Positions 1-10,564 are shown, counted from the first letter of the stretch. The stretch: DNA of 64,000 nt from an uncultured Gammaproteobacteria bacterium (GCA_963844825.1 CAWJPQ010000006.1:136512-200511), one strand, 5' to 3'. Program-made: numbers and translations. Notes: generated by a model not told the origin, from the letters alone.

Positions 1-182
1 GTTACGAACCGCGCATTCGCAGCGTAAAGGTGCAGACTCAGTCAGTGTTTGATCCGGAAGATCCCAGCATCCGGTTCCGGGTGGAAGCCACCCTGTGCGC
101 CCTTTCGGCAGACGAAGTGATCGTATTCGATTCGGCACTCAACCCCGTGACCCGTTCTGTCACGGTTGCGGAGACTGCGTAA
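1..182 (+). CDS. tssE: T6SS baseplate protein TssE (gp25-like), C-terminal fragment; 5' end lies outside the window
   Basis: Frame 3 reads YEPRIRSVKVQTQSVFDPEDPSIRFRVEATLCALSADEVIVFDSALNPVTRSVTVAETA*. It has a gp25/GPW-like 'EPRI' motif. The stop TAA is directly followed by the tssF ATG. Confidence 0.75.
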   Translation, partial: YEPRIRSVKVQTQSVFDPEDPSIRFRVEATLCALSADEVIVFDSALNPVTRSVTVAETA

Positions 183-2006
183 ATGAGTGATGAGTTACTC
201 CAGCATTATGAAAAGGAACTGGCCTTTCTGCAGAAGGCCATGTCGGAATTCGCCCAGCGCCACCCCAAGATCGGCAACCGCCTGCGCCTGGCCAACGAGC
301 GTCCGGAAGACCCCTTTGTGGAGCGGCTGCTGGACGGCGTGGCTCTGCTCAATGCCCGCATCCAGGACAAACTGAACGACGATTTTCCCGAACTCACCGA
401 CGGTCTGCTGGGCACCCTGTATCCTCACTACCAGCGCCCGATTCCATCCATGAGCATTGTCCAGTTCCAGGCGGCGGATGCGCTGGACGCCTGCGTTGAA
501 GTGCCTGCCGGTACGGAACTGGATACAGAAACCTTCGGCGGTGAAAGCTGCCGCTTCACCACCCGCTATTCCGTGGACATTCAGCCCATCAAAGTGGAAT
601 CCGCCCAGCTGATGGCGCGCCCGTTTGCAGCACCCGGCGCTAATGTGGTGAGCGGTGCCGACGCGGTGCTGCACATTCAGTTAAAGACCCTGTCGCCGGC
701 CCTGTCGCTGAGCGAATTGAAACCGGGGAAAATCCGGTTTTACCTGCGCGGACAACCCAAACATATCTATCCGCTCTATGAACACCTCCTCAACGGCGCC
801 GTCAAACTGGTACTGGCAAAAAATGAATCCGACCCGGCGCCGGTCTATGCAACCAGCAACAGTATCCGCGCCGTGGGTTTCGACATCGAGGAAGGCCTGC
901 TGCCTTATCCGGCCAACGCCTTTGTGGGTTATCGACTGCTAACGGAATATTTCGTCTTCCCGCAGAAGTTCCTGTTTGTGGACATTGACCTCTCCGCCCT
1001 GCCCGCCGGCACCAGCAGTGAACTTAATCTGTACATTTATATGAAACAGTCCGATGGCGAACTAGAACATTATATAAACGCCAGCACCTTCGCCTTGGGC
1101 TGCACGCCGGCGGTGAACCTGTTCCCCTATGTAGCCGATCCCATCACCTTACCGCATACCCAGTACGAATACCGCATCATTCCCGACGGCCGTCGCACCG
1201 GCGCCCTGGAAATCTATTCGGTGGATGCGGTGAATGCATCTAATTCCATGGGGCAGAAATTCGAATACACCCCCTTCTACGGAATCCAACATCGCCATAC
1301 CACCAAAAACCATGGCACCTACTGGTTCGAACGGCGGTTATCCGTGATCGAAGGGGAAAATAAGAACGAAAGGGCATCGGAAATCAATCTCAGCCTGGTA
1401 GACCTGGATTTCGACCCCAACCTGCCCAATGACGAAACTCTGGATATCCGCCTGACCTGTTTCAACCGCAATCTGCCGGGCAAGCTGCCCTCCGGCACCC
1501 AGCAGCCGAAACTGAACATGGTGGAAGGGGATGCGCCGGTGGCCTCTATCCACTGCATCAGCCAGCCCACCAGCACCCTGCGGCCGCCGCTGCGCAACCG
1601 GGCCCACTGGCGTTTGATGTCCCATCTGAATCTCAATCATCTGTCCCTCACGGCCGATGAAAACGGCGAGGCATTGAAGGAAATCCTGCGGCTGTATGAT
1701 TTCCGCGATTCCGATACCACCCGCAAGATGATCGAATCCATCGCCAAAGTAAGAACCCGCCCGATCATGGCCCCCATCACCGCGGGCAGGGGCACCGCCA
1801 TGTGCCGGGGCACCCAGGTGGAAATGGAATTCGATCCGCGCCTCATCGCCGGCGGCTCGGCCTATTTGTTTGCCAGTGTGCTGGAGCGGTTTCTGGCCCT
1901 ATACTGCTCACTGAACTCATTCACCCGTCTGATTGCTCGACTCAGCAACTTTGAGGAGGATATGAAGCGATGGCCTCCGCGCGCCGGCGAAAAAACACTG
2001 CTGTAA
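183..2006 (+). CDS. tssF: T6SS baseplate subunit TssF (ImpG/VasA family)
   Basis: 607-aa ORF. The N-terminus LLQHYEKELAFLQKAMSEFAQRHPKIGNRLRL is the typical TssF start. Length and tssE-tssF-tssG order fit. Confidence 0.95.
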   Translation: MSDELLQHYEKELAFLQKAMSEFAQRHPKIGNRLRLANERPEDPFVERLLDGVALLNARIQDKLNDDFPELTDGLLGTLYPHYQRPIPSMSIVQFQAADALDACVEVPAGTELDTETFGGESCRFTTRYSVDIQPIKVESAQLMARPFAAPGANVVSGADAVLHIQLKTLSPALSLSELKPGKIRFYLRGQPKHIYPLYEHLLNGAVKLVLAKNESDPAPVYATSNSIRAVGFDIEEGLLPYPANAFVGYRLLTEYFVFPQKFLFVDIDLSALPAGTSSELNLYIYMKQSDGELEHYINASTFALGCTPAVNLFPYVADPITLPHTQYEYRIIPDGRRTGALEIYSVDAVNASNSMGQKFEYTPFYGIQHRHTTKNHGTYWFERRLSVIEGENKNERASEINLSLVDLDFDPNLPNDETLDIRLTCFNRNLPGKLPSGTQQPKLNMVEGDAPVASIHCISQPTSTLRPPLRNRAHWRLMSHLNLNHLSLTADENGEALKEILRLYDFRDSDTTRKMIESIAKVRTRPIMAPITAGRGTAMCRGTQVEMEFDPRLIAGGSAYLFASVLERFLALYCSLNSFTRLIARLSNFEEDMKRWPPRAGEKTLL

Positions 2007-3109
2007 CCGACCAGCTGCAGGCGGAGCCCCAACGCTTCGCCTTCTTTCAGGCGGTGCGTCTGCTCGAGCGGGCGGCCCGGCTGCGGGCGCAGAAAACTGA
2101 ATCCTTTGCCCACGTGCCGGTAGCCCTAGGTGCCCCGCCCAACCGGGAAGGCATTCATTTCCGCGGCCAGGCCAGCCTGACCTTTCGCGGCTCCGACATC
2201 GACCGGGTGGAAATCACCAAAACCACCAACCAGGAAGACGACGACGCCCCGCAAAAACAATGGGAGATGCTGGTCAATATTTTCAGCCTGTTCGGCAGCA
2301 CCGGCATTCTCCCCTACCACACCAGCGAACTGGTGATCAAACGCCTGCGCCAGAAAGACCGTTCCCTGGTGGATTTTCTCGATGTGCTGAATCACCGCAG
2401 CACCTCGCTCTATTACCAGGCCTGGCACAAATACCGGCTGCCGGTGGTGTATGAACGGTCGCGTTGCGAAAACCGACGCGGACCGGACCTGTTCAGCCAG
2501 ATTCTTGCATCCCTGATCGGCCTGGGCAGCGGCGGCTTGGAACAGCGCCTGCCGCTGCCGGATGAAGCCCTGATGGGTTTCAGCGCCCACATGTCCCGCG
2601 GCACGCCGTCCGCCCCCACCCTGGCGCGCATTCTGCAACATTATTTTGAACTGCCCATTACCGTAGAACAGTTCATCGGCACCCGCCAGGTACTGCCCAC
2701 CGACATGCAAAGCCGGATACCGGCCTTGGGTCGCCTCAACGGCCAGAACAACGAACTGGGCATGAATGTGATTCTGGGGCGGAGCTGCTGGGATATCCAA
2801 AGCAAATTCCGCATCCATATCGAGCACCTCAGCTACCGGCAATTTGTCAGAATTGCGCCTCGCAGCCAGAAGATGGCGGCGCTGAAGGCCTTCGTCCGTT
2901 TTCTGGTGGGAACGGATTTCGATTTCGACATCGAGATCAATATCGACCAGAACGAGATCCCGAAAATCGGTCTGGGTCATAGCGTCGACGTCGATGGCAA
3001 ACCGGTGGAAGGAGGGGAACTGATGCTGGGCTGGAATTGCGGACTTCACCAGCCACCGGGCCGCCGGGACAATAAACCACGCATGATTCGCGTACTGGTC
3101 AGTGAATAA
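1970..3109 (+). CDS. tssG: T6SS baseplate subunit TssG (ImpH/VasB family)
   Basis: 379-aa ORF with the TssG N-terminal signature EPQRFAFFQAVRLLER. It overlaps the tssF stop by 37 nt. Confidence 0.9.
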   Translation: MASARRRKNTAVTDQLQAEPQRFAFFQAVRLLERAARLRAQKTESFAHVPVALGAPPNREGIHFRGQASLTFRGSDIDRVEITKTTNQEDDDAPQKQWEMLVNIFSLFGSTGILPYHTSELVIKRLRQKDRSLVDFLDVLNHRSTSLYYQAWHKYRLPVVYERSRCENRRGPDLFSQILASLIGLGSGGLEQRLPLPDEALMGFSAHMSRGTPSAPTLARILQHYFELPITVEQFIGTRQVLPTDMQSRIPALGRLNGQNNELGMNVILGRSCWDIQSKFRIHIEHLSYRQFVRIAPRSQKMAALKAFVRFLVGTDFDFDIEINIDQNEIPKIGLGHSVDVDGKPVEGGELMLGWNCGLHQPPGRRDNKPRMIRVLVSE

Positions 3110-3155
3110 CAACAAACCATAGCCTTATGAAAGGCGAAATACAGGGAATCTAGGC

Positions 3156-5822
3156 ATGATAAACGTAAACTTGAAATCCTTGGTCGATAAAATGTCCCCG
3201 CCGATGCGGGAATCGCTGGAAGGCGCAGCCGGACTCTGTATCGCGCGCACCCAATACAACGTGGAAGTGGAGCACTGGCTGCTGAAACTGCTGGAGGATG
3301 TCGATAATGACTTCAATGCCCTGCTGGAAAAGCACGGCCTGGACATCAGCAAGGTCGCCAAACAGCTCACCAACACGATGGAGAAATTCAAGAGCGGCAG
3401 TTCCCGGCAGGCGGCACTGTCCCCCGCCATCGTCGACGCCAGCAAGAATGCCTGGATGCTGAGTTCGGTGGATTTCGGCCACGGCATGATTACCAGCGGC
3501 CATTTGCTGGCAGCCCTGATGCTGGATGAACAATCCCGCCGCGCCCTGCTGGAATCCGCGCCAGAATTCAAAAATATCGCGCCGGAGTCCCTGCGGGAAA
3601 CCGCCCGCGCCGTTATCGGCACCACCGCTGAATCCTCCTCAGGCGCCCCTGCCGGCGGTAATGGCTCTCCCGGTGAAGCGGCCGCGGTACGCCCCAGCAA
3701 AACCCCGGCCCTGGACAAATACACCGTCAACCTCACCGAACGGGCCAAACAGGGCAAGATTGATCCGGTACTGGGCCGCGATGAGGAGATTCGCCAGTGT
3801 ATCGATATTCTCACCCGACGCCGTCAGAACAATCCCATCCTCACCGGCGAAGCCGGCGTGGGCAAAACAGCGGTAGTGGAAGGCTTCGCCCTGCGCATCG
3901 CCAACGACGACGTACCCGATCCCCTGAAAGGCGTTGCCGTCCACACCCTGGACCTGGGTCTGCTACAGGCCGGCGCCAGCGTCAAAGGGGAATTTGAAAA
4001 CCGCCTCAAGTCGGTGATCGAGGAAGTGAAAGGCTCCGTCCAGCCCATCATCATGTTTATCGACGAAGCCCACACCCTGATCGGCGCTGGCGGCAAGGAA
4101 GGCCAGGGTGACGCCGCCAACCTCCTGAAACCGGCTTTGGCCCGGGGCGAAATGCGTACCATCGCCGCCACCACCTGGGCCGAATACAAAAAATATTTTG
4201 AGCGCGACCCCGCCCTCACCCGCCGCTTCCAGGTAGTTAAAGTGGAAGAGCCGGACGAAGAAAAGGCCATCAATATGATGCGCGGCATCGCTAAATCCCT
4301 GCAGGATCACCACAAGGTACGCATCCTGGATGAAGCGATCGAAGCGGCGGTAAAACTGTCCCACCGTTATATTCCCGGCCGCCAGCTGCCGGACAAATCC
4401 GTGAGCCTGATCGACACCGCATGCGCCCGCATCGGCCTCAGCCTGACCGCAACGCCGGCGGCAATCGAGGATTGTCAGCGCCGCATCCAGCAATGCGGCG
4501 CCACCATCGAACTGCTGGAAACGGAAAACGTCACCAACAACGCACACGACGAGCGCCTCGCGGTTCTGCGTGCCGACAAGGCGGCTGCCGAAAAACAACT
4601 GGAAGAACTGCAAACCCAGTGGCAGCGCGAACAGGAACTCATCACCGAAATCCGCGCCATCCGCACCCAGCTTGAAGCAGATTTCCTGAAAGGAAAAGAA
4701 GACACCGCAGCCGCGCTCGACGACACTCGGCGCCGCGAACTGAAAGACAAGCTGCAGGCGCTGACCGAACAGCTGCAGGCCGCGCAGGGCGAAACGCCGC
4801 TGATGCAGGCGAACGTCGACGCCCAGGCGGTGGCAGCCGTCGTCGCCAACTGGACAGGCATTCCCGTGGGCAAGATGGTCAGCGACCTGATAGAAACCGT
4901 GCGCACGCTGGGCGAGCGCCTGAGCGGGCGCGTGATCGGCCAGTCCCACGCCCTTGAGGCCATCGCCCAGGCGATCCGCACCTCGCGCGCCGGCCTCACC
5001 GATCCGCGCAAACCGATCGGCGTGTTCCTCATGGTGGGCACCAGCGGCGTCGGCAAGACCGAAACCGCGCTGGCGCTCGCCGACATGCTCTACGGCGGCG
5101 AGCACAACATCACCGTAATCAACATGTCGGAGTTCAAGGAAGAGCACAAAGTATCGATGCTGCTCGGCTCGCCTCCCGGCTACGTCGGCTACGGCGAAGG
5201 CGGCGTGCTCACCGAGGCGGCGCGGCGCAAGCCCTACTCCATCATCCTGCTCGACGAGATGGAAAAGGCCCACCCCGGGGTACAGGATATTTTCTACAAC
5301 CTGTTCGACAAGGGTACGATCAAGGACGGCGAGGGCCGCGACATCGACTTCAAGAATACCGTCATCATCATGACCTCGAACGCCGGCGAGGACGCCATTC
5401 GCGCCATCTGCAACCAGCTCGAGGAGCGTCCCGAACCCGATGTGCTGCTAGACAACATCCGTCCGCACCTGCTGAAGCATTTCAAACCGGCATTCCTCGG
5501 CCGCACCAATCTCATCGCCTACTATCCGCTCGACGACGATAACCTCATGAAGATCTGCGCCATCAACATGCGCCGCATTGAAAAGCGGGTGCGTGCACAT
5601 TACGGCGCCGAATTCAGCTACGACGAAGAGGTGCTGCTGCACATCGTCGCTCGCTGTCAGGAAGCGGACACGGGCGCTCGCAACATCGAGAACATCCTGA
5701 ACCGCTCGCTGCTGCCCGAGCTGGCTGGCGAATGCCTCGATCGCATGGCGCGGCAGGAAAAGATCAATCGCATCAATATCGGCGCCACCGAGGACGGCGC
5801 GTTCACTTATCAGTTGAGCTGA
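3156..5822 (+). CDS. clpV: T6SS AAA+ ATPase ClpV (TssH)
   Basis: 888-aa ORF with a Clp-N-like N-domain and two Walker A boxes (GEAGVGKT, GTSGVGKT). It has a ClpB-like middle coiled coil and sits after tssG. Confidence 0.93.
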   Translation: MINVNLKSLVDKMSPPMRESLEGAAGLCIARTQYNVEVEHWLLKLLEDVDNDFNALLEKHGLDISKVAKQLTNTMEKFKSGSSRQAALSPAIVDASKNAWMLSSVDFGHGMITSGHLLAALMLDEQSRRALLESAPEFKNIAPESLRETARAVIGTTAESSSGAPAGGNGSPGEAAAVRPSKTPALDKYTVNLTERAKQGKIDPVLGRDEEIRQCIDILTRRRQNNPILTGEAGVGKTAVVEGFALRIANDDVPDPLKGVAVHTLDLGLLQAGASVKGEFENRLKSVIEEVKGSVQPIIMFIDEAHTLIGAGGKEGQGDAANLLKPALARGEMRTIAATTWAEYKKYFERDPALTRRFQVVKVEEPDEEKAINMMRGIAKSLQDHHKVRILDEAIEAAVKLSHRYIPGRQLPDKSVSLIDTACARIGLSLTATPAAIEDCQRRIQQCGATIELLETENVTNNAHDERLAVLRADKAAAEKQLEELQTQWQREQELITEIRAIRTQLEADFLKGKEDTAAALDDTRRRELKDKLQALTEQLQAAQGETPLMQANVDAQAVAAVVANWTGIPVGKMVSDLIETVRTLGERLSGRVIGQSHALEAIAQAIRTSRAGLTDPRKPIGVFLMVGTSGVGKTETALALADMLYGGEHNITVINMSEFKEEHKVSMLLGSPPGYVGYGEGGVLTEAARRKPYSIILLDEMEKAHPGVQDIFYNLFDKGTIKDGEGRDIDFKNTVIIMTSNAGEDAIRAICNQLEERPEPDVLLDNIRPHLLKHFKPAFLGRTNLIAYYPLDDDNLMKICAINMRRIEKRVRAHYGAEFSYDEEVLLHIVARCQEADTGARNIENILNRSLLPELAGECLDRMARQEKINRINIGATEDGAFTYQLS

Positions 5823-5868
5823 GGGCGTCGCCGGGCTACGGCACGGAACAAGCTGGAGATCAAACCGC

Positions 5869-7209
5869 ATGAGCAGAGCCACCATCAGCACCGGCGCCAT
5901 CAGCTGGAGGCGTGACGAGACCGATACCGGAAATTCCAGCGGCCCCTACCATATGCTACTGCTCGGCGACTTCAGCGCTGCGGCCAGCCGCACCGTCAAA
6001 CCGACGCCGCGGCTGCATCGAGTGGATCGCGATACGCTCGACAACGTGTTCTGCAAACTCGATGTGCGCCTGAAGCTGCCGTTCTCCGATGAGCCGCTGC
6101 ATTTCACCGAGCTCGACGAATTGCATCCGGATTTTCTGTACGAGCAGGTGGAGCTGTTTTCAGAAATGCGGGATCTGCAGCGGCGCCTGGGTAATCCCAA
6201 GACCTTTGCGACGACCGCGGCAGAACTCACCGCCGACGAAGCACCCGTCGCACCTTCGCTGGATGAATTGCTGGCGGCGGCGCCCGACGCCGACGCGGCT
6301 TCAACCCTCGACATCCCCAAACTTATTCACGATATCGTCGCGCCCTACGTGGTGCCGGCGCCGACACCGCAACAGGCCGCGCTACAGGCCTCCGTGCAAC
6401 AGGCCTCGGAGGAACTGATGCGCAAGCTGCTCCACCAGAGTGCCTTCCGCGCACTGGAGGCGAGCTGGCGCGGCCTCGACCTATTGTTGAGACGCCTCGA
6501 CGGTGACCGTGAACCGCGCCTGTTCCTGGTCGACAGCCCCGCCGCTCAATTGCGGCAACTGCTGGCCGAAGGCGGGGCGCTCGAGGAATTGCTGCAACGG
6601 GCCGGATTGGGCGATACCGCGCCGTTGCTCATGGTTGCGGACTATCGCTTCGGCGACAGCGTTACCGATCTCGAGGACGCCGCCGCGCTGGCGGAATTCG
6701 CCCGGCGCCGCAATTGTATCGCCGTCGCCGGCGGCAGCGAACGATTGGCGGGCTGCAGCGATCTGCACGCCGATCCCGATGACTGGCAGACACCCAGCGA
6801 CGGGGCGCCGACTGAAGCTTGGGAAATTTTTCGGGGCACACAGGGCGCGCAGCATCTGGCGCTGATCGCGCCGCGTTTTCTGCTGCGCCCGCCCTACGGA
6901 CGGCGCACCGCGACGACTGATCTCGATTTCGAAGAGTGGATGGCGGACAATCCCCGCGCGCTGCTCTGGGGCAACGGCGCCTGGCTGGCGGCCCTGGCGC
7001 AATGCAACGGCGACGATTCCATCGCCTCGCTGCCGCTGCCGCCGCTACCCGCGGGTGACGAACCGCGAGCATTGTGCAGCGCCGAGACACTGCTCAACGA
7101 CCGCGCCGCTTCGCGCCTGAAAACTGCCGGACTGATGCCGCTGCGCGCCGAGCGCGACAGCGACCGCGTGTATTTTACGGATTGGGTGAGTTGCTACCAG
7201 GAGCCCTGA
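5869..7209 (+). CDS. T6SS-linked sheath-like protein: TssB-like N-terminal region fused to a TssC-like core that lacks the TssC C-terminal region
   Basis: 446-aa ORF with a GGAGA SD upstream.
- Residues ~25-120: LLLGDFS...VDRDTLDNVF...FTELDELHPDFLYEQV...MRDLQRRL, resembling the TssB/VipA core.
- Residues ~175-446: LLHQSAFRALEASWRGLDLLL, LALIAPRFLLRPPYG, LLWGNGAW, ETLLNDRAASRLKTAGLMPL...SCYQEP, following the order of TssC/VipB motifs.
Motif comparison is from memory of VipA/VipB; no search was run. Confidence 0.55.
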   Translation: MSRATISTGAISWRRDETDTGNSSGPYHMLLLGDFSAAASRTVKPTPRLHRVDRDTLDNVFCKLDVRLKLPFSDEPLHFTELDELHPDFLYEQVELFSEMRDLQRRLGNPKTFATTAAELTADEAPVAPSLDELLAAAPDADAASTLDIPKLIHDIVAPYVVPAPTPQQAALQASVQQASEELMRKLLHQSAFRALEASWRGLDLLLRRLDGDREPRLFLVDSPAAQLRQLLAEGGALEELLQRAGLGDTAPLLMVADYRFGDSVTDLEDAAALAEFARRRNCIAVAGGSERLAGCSDLHADPDDWQTPSDGAPTEAWEIFRGTQGAQHLALIAPRFLLRPPYGRRTATTDLDFEEWMADNPRALLWGNGAWLAALAQCNGDDSIASLPLPPLPAGDEPRALCSAETLLNDRAASRLKTAGLMPLRAERDSDRVYFTDWVSCYQEP

Positions 7210-7334
7210 TGCACGGCCTCAATGATGGCAGCAAGCCTGCTCTCAAGGGCTGCCGTGCCGCTCGGATGAGCAACTTCTCTGCGGCAAGATACGGTTAGCC
7301 ATGGTTCATAACCGTTTGTATTATTAGTGAAATA

Positions 7335-7413
<79 letters not shown>

Positions 7414-7539
7414 TAAGATCGTTACTCAATACGGCACCGGTGGGACCATCGGTTAGCGGGTCGGCCACGGCGCGGTGTCTGTTTCTGCGAGGGGGATATT
7501 GTAAGGACTAACCGGTCAAACTTTCCAGTACTAAAACCG

Positions 7540-7902
7540 CTATCGCTTCAAGATATCGCGGATATCCTCGAGTTCGTGCCGCAGTTGGTGGATGATCTGC
7601 CGGCTGCGGCTCTTGTCCTGTTTGGCGTTGTCCCCTGACAGCTTCATCTTTGCCCCCCCGATGGTGAATCCCTGATCGTACAGGAGGTTGCGGATGTAGC
7701 GGATCATCAGCACATCCTCATGCTGGTAATAACGCCTGTTCCCGCGGCGCTTGATCGGCTTGAGCTGGGTGAATTCCTGTTCCCAGTACCGCAGCACGTG
7801 GGGCTTAACCGCGCACAGCTCGCTCACCTCTCCGATCGTAAAATAGCGTTTCCCTGGGATTAAGGGCAGGGTATCACTGGTGTTGTTCTCGGGTTCCAGC
7901 AT
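7540..7902 (-). CDS. MerR-family transcriptional regulator (the conserved gene downstream of ihfA)
   Basis: 120-aa ORF with the Mer[28 protein letters not shown]...RRGNRRYY. It overlaps the ihfA stop, with the usual pheST-ihfA-merR synteny. Confidence 0.88.
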   Translation of the reverse strand: MLEPENNTSDTLPLIPGKRYFTIGEVSELCAVKPHVLRYWEQEFTQLKPIKRRGNRRYYQHEDVLMIRYIRNLLYDQGFTIGGAKMKLSGDNAKQDKSRSRQIIHQLRHELEDIRDILKR

Positions 7903-8182
7903 AGGCCTCCACCCGTGCTTTCAATTTTTGGCCGGGATGGAAGGTGACCACGCGCCGCGCGGTAATGGGGATTTCCTCTCCGGTCTTCGGGTTCCGTCCC
8001 GGGCGTTGGTTCTTGTCACGCAAATTGAAGTTGCCAAACCCGGAAAGCTTTACGTGATGGCCGTCTTCCAGAGCCACCCGAATCTCCTCAAAGAAGATCT
8101 CCACCAGGTCCTTGGCCTCGCGCTTGTTCAGGCCCAACTCCTGAAACAGCTTCTCCGCCATATCTGCTTTGGTAAGAGCCAT
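7874..8182 (-). CDS. ihfA: Integration host factor subunit alpha
   Basis: 102 aa: [13 protein letters not shown]...[41 protein letters not shown], the canonical IHF-alpha sequence. Confidence 0.97.
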   Translation of the reverse strand: MALTKADMAEKLFQELGLNKREAKDLVEIFFEEIRVALEDGHHVKLSGFGNFNLRDKNQRPGRNPKTGEEIPITARRVVTFHPGQKLKARVEAYAGTREQHQ

Positions 8183-8185
8183 ATC

Positions 8186-10564
8186 TTATTCTCTCAATGT
8201 GGCACCATGATCCGTGTGCAGCCTGCTCAGAACAGCCTCTACCACCTGCTCCACTTCCATGTCCGTAAGGGTGCGCGAAAAATCCTGCAAGGTCAAGCCC
8301 AAAGCAATACTTTTTCGACCTAATTCAAGATGTTCGCCTTGATAGACATCGAACAACTGGAGGTTCTGGAGCAACCCGCCGGCCGCCGCGCGGACCGACT
8401 CGCACAGGGCCTGGGCCGGGACGGCATCGTCCACCACCACGGCGATATCCCGGCGCACCGACGGGTACTTGGACAGCTCCTCGAAGGCCGGGCGCCCGGG
8501 CGCCCCCAGGCCGTCCAGGGACAGCTCGAACAACAGGGGCCGCGGGCCCGGCAGGTCCAGCCGGCGCTGGACGACCGGGTGCAGGGCGCCCAGCCAACCC
8601 AGCCGGCGCCGCGACTGGCGATGATACAGGGCGGCGGACTGCCCCGGGTGCAGGGCCGGGTGAGGCTGCGCCTCCACCGTGAACAGCCCGGCCCCGCCCC
8701 ACAGGGCCAGGATCGCCTCCACGTCCCCTTTCAGGTCATAGAAGTCGGCATCCCGCCGCGGCCCGGCCCACTGCTCCGGATCCACGGGCCCGTAGGCCAC
8801 GCCGGCCACCATGATCTCCTCGACCACCTGCCCGCCCTGCAGCTCGTAGCGCGGGGCGATCTCGAACAGGCGCACCCGCGGCTGCTGGCGCTTGGCGTTG
8901 TACAGCAGGGCCTGGACGAGGCCCGGCCACAGGTTGCTGCGCATCTGGGCCAGGTCCTCGCTGAGGGGGTTTTTCAGCCGCGGGCTGTCGACCCCGGGGT
9001 TGAGCAGCGCCTGCAGGGCCGGGTCCACGAAGCTGTAGTTGATGACCTCCTGGTAGTCCCGGTCCGCCAGGAGCAGGCGCACGCGCTCGTTGAGCTGGGC
9101 GGGCCGGTGGGTCTTGATGACCGTGCGCTGGCGCGGGTGGGACCGGGGCAGACGGTCGTAACCGTACAGGCGGGCGATCTCCTCCACCAGGTCGGCCTCG
9201 ATGGCGATGTCGAAACGGTGCGCCGGCGGAGTCACAAGCCACCCGTCACCCTCGCGTGCGGTGGTCATGCCGAGCAGCGTCAGGTACTGGGTCACCTGGT
9301 CCTCGGGGACCTCGGCGCCCAGGGCGCGGGCAAGATAACTGTCCCGCAGGCGGATGGCGGCCGGCTGGGGCAGGTGGGCCCCGGCGGCGGCCTCGGTCAC
9401 CGGCCCCGGCGTGCCGCCGACGATCTCCAGCAGCAGGGCCGTGGCCCGCTCCATGGCCCGGGCGGGCAGCTGGGGATCGACGCCGCGCTCGAAGCGATAG
9501 GACGAATCGGACTGCAGGCCGTAGCGGCGCCCCTGCCCGGCGATGGCCGCGGGGCTGAAAAAGGCGCTCTCCAGGAACAGGGACGCGGTCGACCCGTCCA
9601 CGGCCGAGTCCTGCCCACCCATGATGCCCGCCACGGCCACCACCCGACGGTGATCGGCGATCACCAGGGTGCCCTCCTCGAGGGTCAGATCTTGTCCATT
9701 CAACAGGGTCACCCGCTCGCCGGGCTCGGCGTAGCGCACGCGGATGCCGCCGTCGAGCTTGGCCAGATCGAAGGCGTGCATGGGCTGGCCGAGCTCGAGC
9801 ATCACGTAGTTGGTGACATCGACCACCGCCGAGACGCTGCGGATGCCGCTGCGCCGCAGCCGCTCGCGCAGCCACCACGGGGTCCGCGCCCGGGGGTCGA
9901 TGCCCGTGATCACCCGGCCCACGTAGCGCGGACAGGCCTCGGGCGCGTCGATATCCACGGCCAGGGTGCCCTCCCCCGCCGCGGCCACCGCGGTCACCGC
10001 GTGGGGGGTCAGGGGCACGGCATTGACCGCCGCCACCTCCCGGGCGATGCCGGCGATGGACAGGCAGTCTCCCCGGTTGGGGGTGATGCCGATCTCGATG
10101 ACCGTGTCATCCAGCTGCAGCAGCTCGCGCAGATCGGTGCCGGGCCGGCTGTCTTCGGGAAGCACCAGCAGGGTATTCTCCTCCTCCGCCAGGCCCAGGT
10201 CCTCGCCGGCGCACAGGCGCCCCTGGGAGGTCACGCCCTTCAGTGTCGCGCTCTCGACCTTGCCCGTGGGAAGACTGGCCCCGGCGGGCGCCACCGCGGT
10301 GCACAGCCCCGCGCTCACGGGGGCGTCGGTGACGATGGCCAGGGGCTCGCCGGCCCCGATGTCCACCGTGCACGCCTTGAGGCGATCACTGTTCTCGATA
10401 TCCTTCACCTCGATCACCCGGCCCACGACCACACCCGCGAAGGGCGGGGCCGCCGCCGTCACCGCCTCCACTTCCAGGCCCGCCATGGTCAGCTGATCGG
10501 CCAGGACGGCGGTGGATACCGGCGGGTTCACCCAGGTGCGCAGCCATTGCTCGCTGAATTTCAT
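8186..10564 (-). CDS. pheT: Phenylalanine--tRNA ligase beta subunit
   Basis: 792 aa, starting MKFSEQWLRTWVNP. B3/4, B5 and anticodon-binding regions are recognisable. It sits downstream of pheS. Confidence 0.97.
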   Translation of the reverse strand: MKFSEQWLRTWVNPPVSTAVLADQLTMAGLEVEAVTAAAPPFAGVVVGRVIEVKDIENSDRLKACTVDIGAGEPLAIVTDAPVSAGLCTAVAPAGASLPTGKVESATLKGVTSQGRLCAGEDLGLAEEENTLLVLPEDSRPGTDLRELLQLDDTVIEIGITPNRGDCLSIAGIAREVAAVNAVPLTPHAVTAVAAAGEGTLAVDIDAPEACPRYVGRVITGIDPRARTPWWLRERLRRSGIRSVSAVVDVTNYVMLELGQPMHAFDLAKLDGGIRVRYAEPGERVTLLNGQDLTLEEGTLVIADHRRVVAVAGIMGGQDSAVDGSTASLFLESAFFSPAAIAGQGRRYGLQSDSSYRFERGVDPQLPARAMERATALLLEIVGGTPGPVTEAAAGAHLPQPAAIRLRDSYLARALGAEVPEDQVTQYLTLLGMTTAREGDGWLVTPPAHRFDIAIEADLVEEIARLYGYDRLPRSHPRQRTVIKTHRPAQLNERVRLLLADRDYQEVINYSFVDPALQALLNPGVDSPRLKNPLSEDLAQMRSNLWPGLVQALLYNAKRQQPRVRLFEIAPRYELQGGQVVEEIMVAGVAYGPVDPEQWAGPRRDADFYDLKGDVEAILALWGGAGLFTVEAQPHPALHPGQSAALYHRQSRRRLGWLGALHPVVQRRLDLPGPRPLLFELSLDGLGAPGRPAFEELSKYPSVRRDIAVVVDDAVPAQALCESVRAAAGGLLQNLQLFDVYQGEHLELGRKSIALGLTLQDFSRTLTDMEVEQVVEAVLSRLHTDHGATLRE

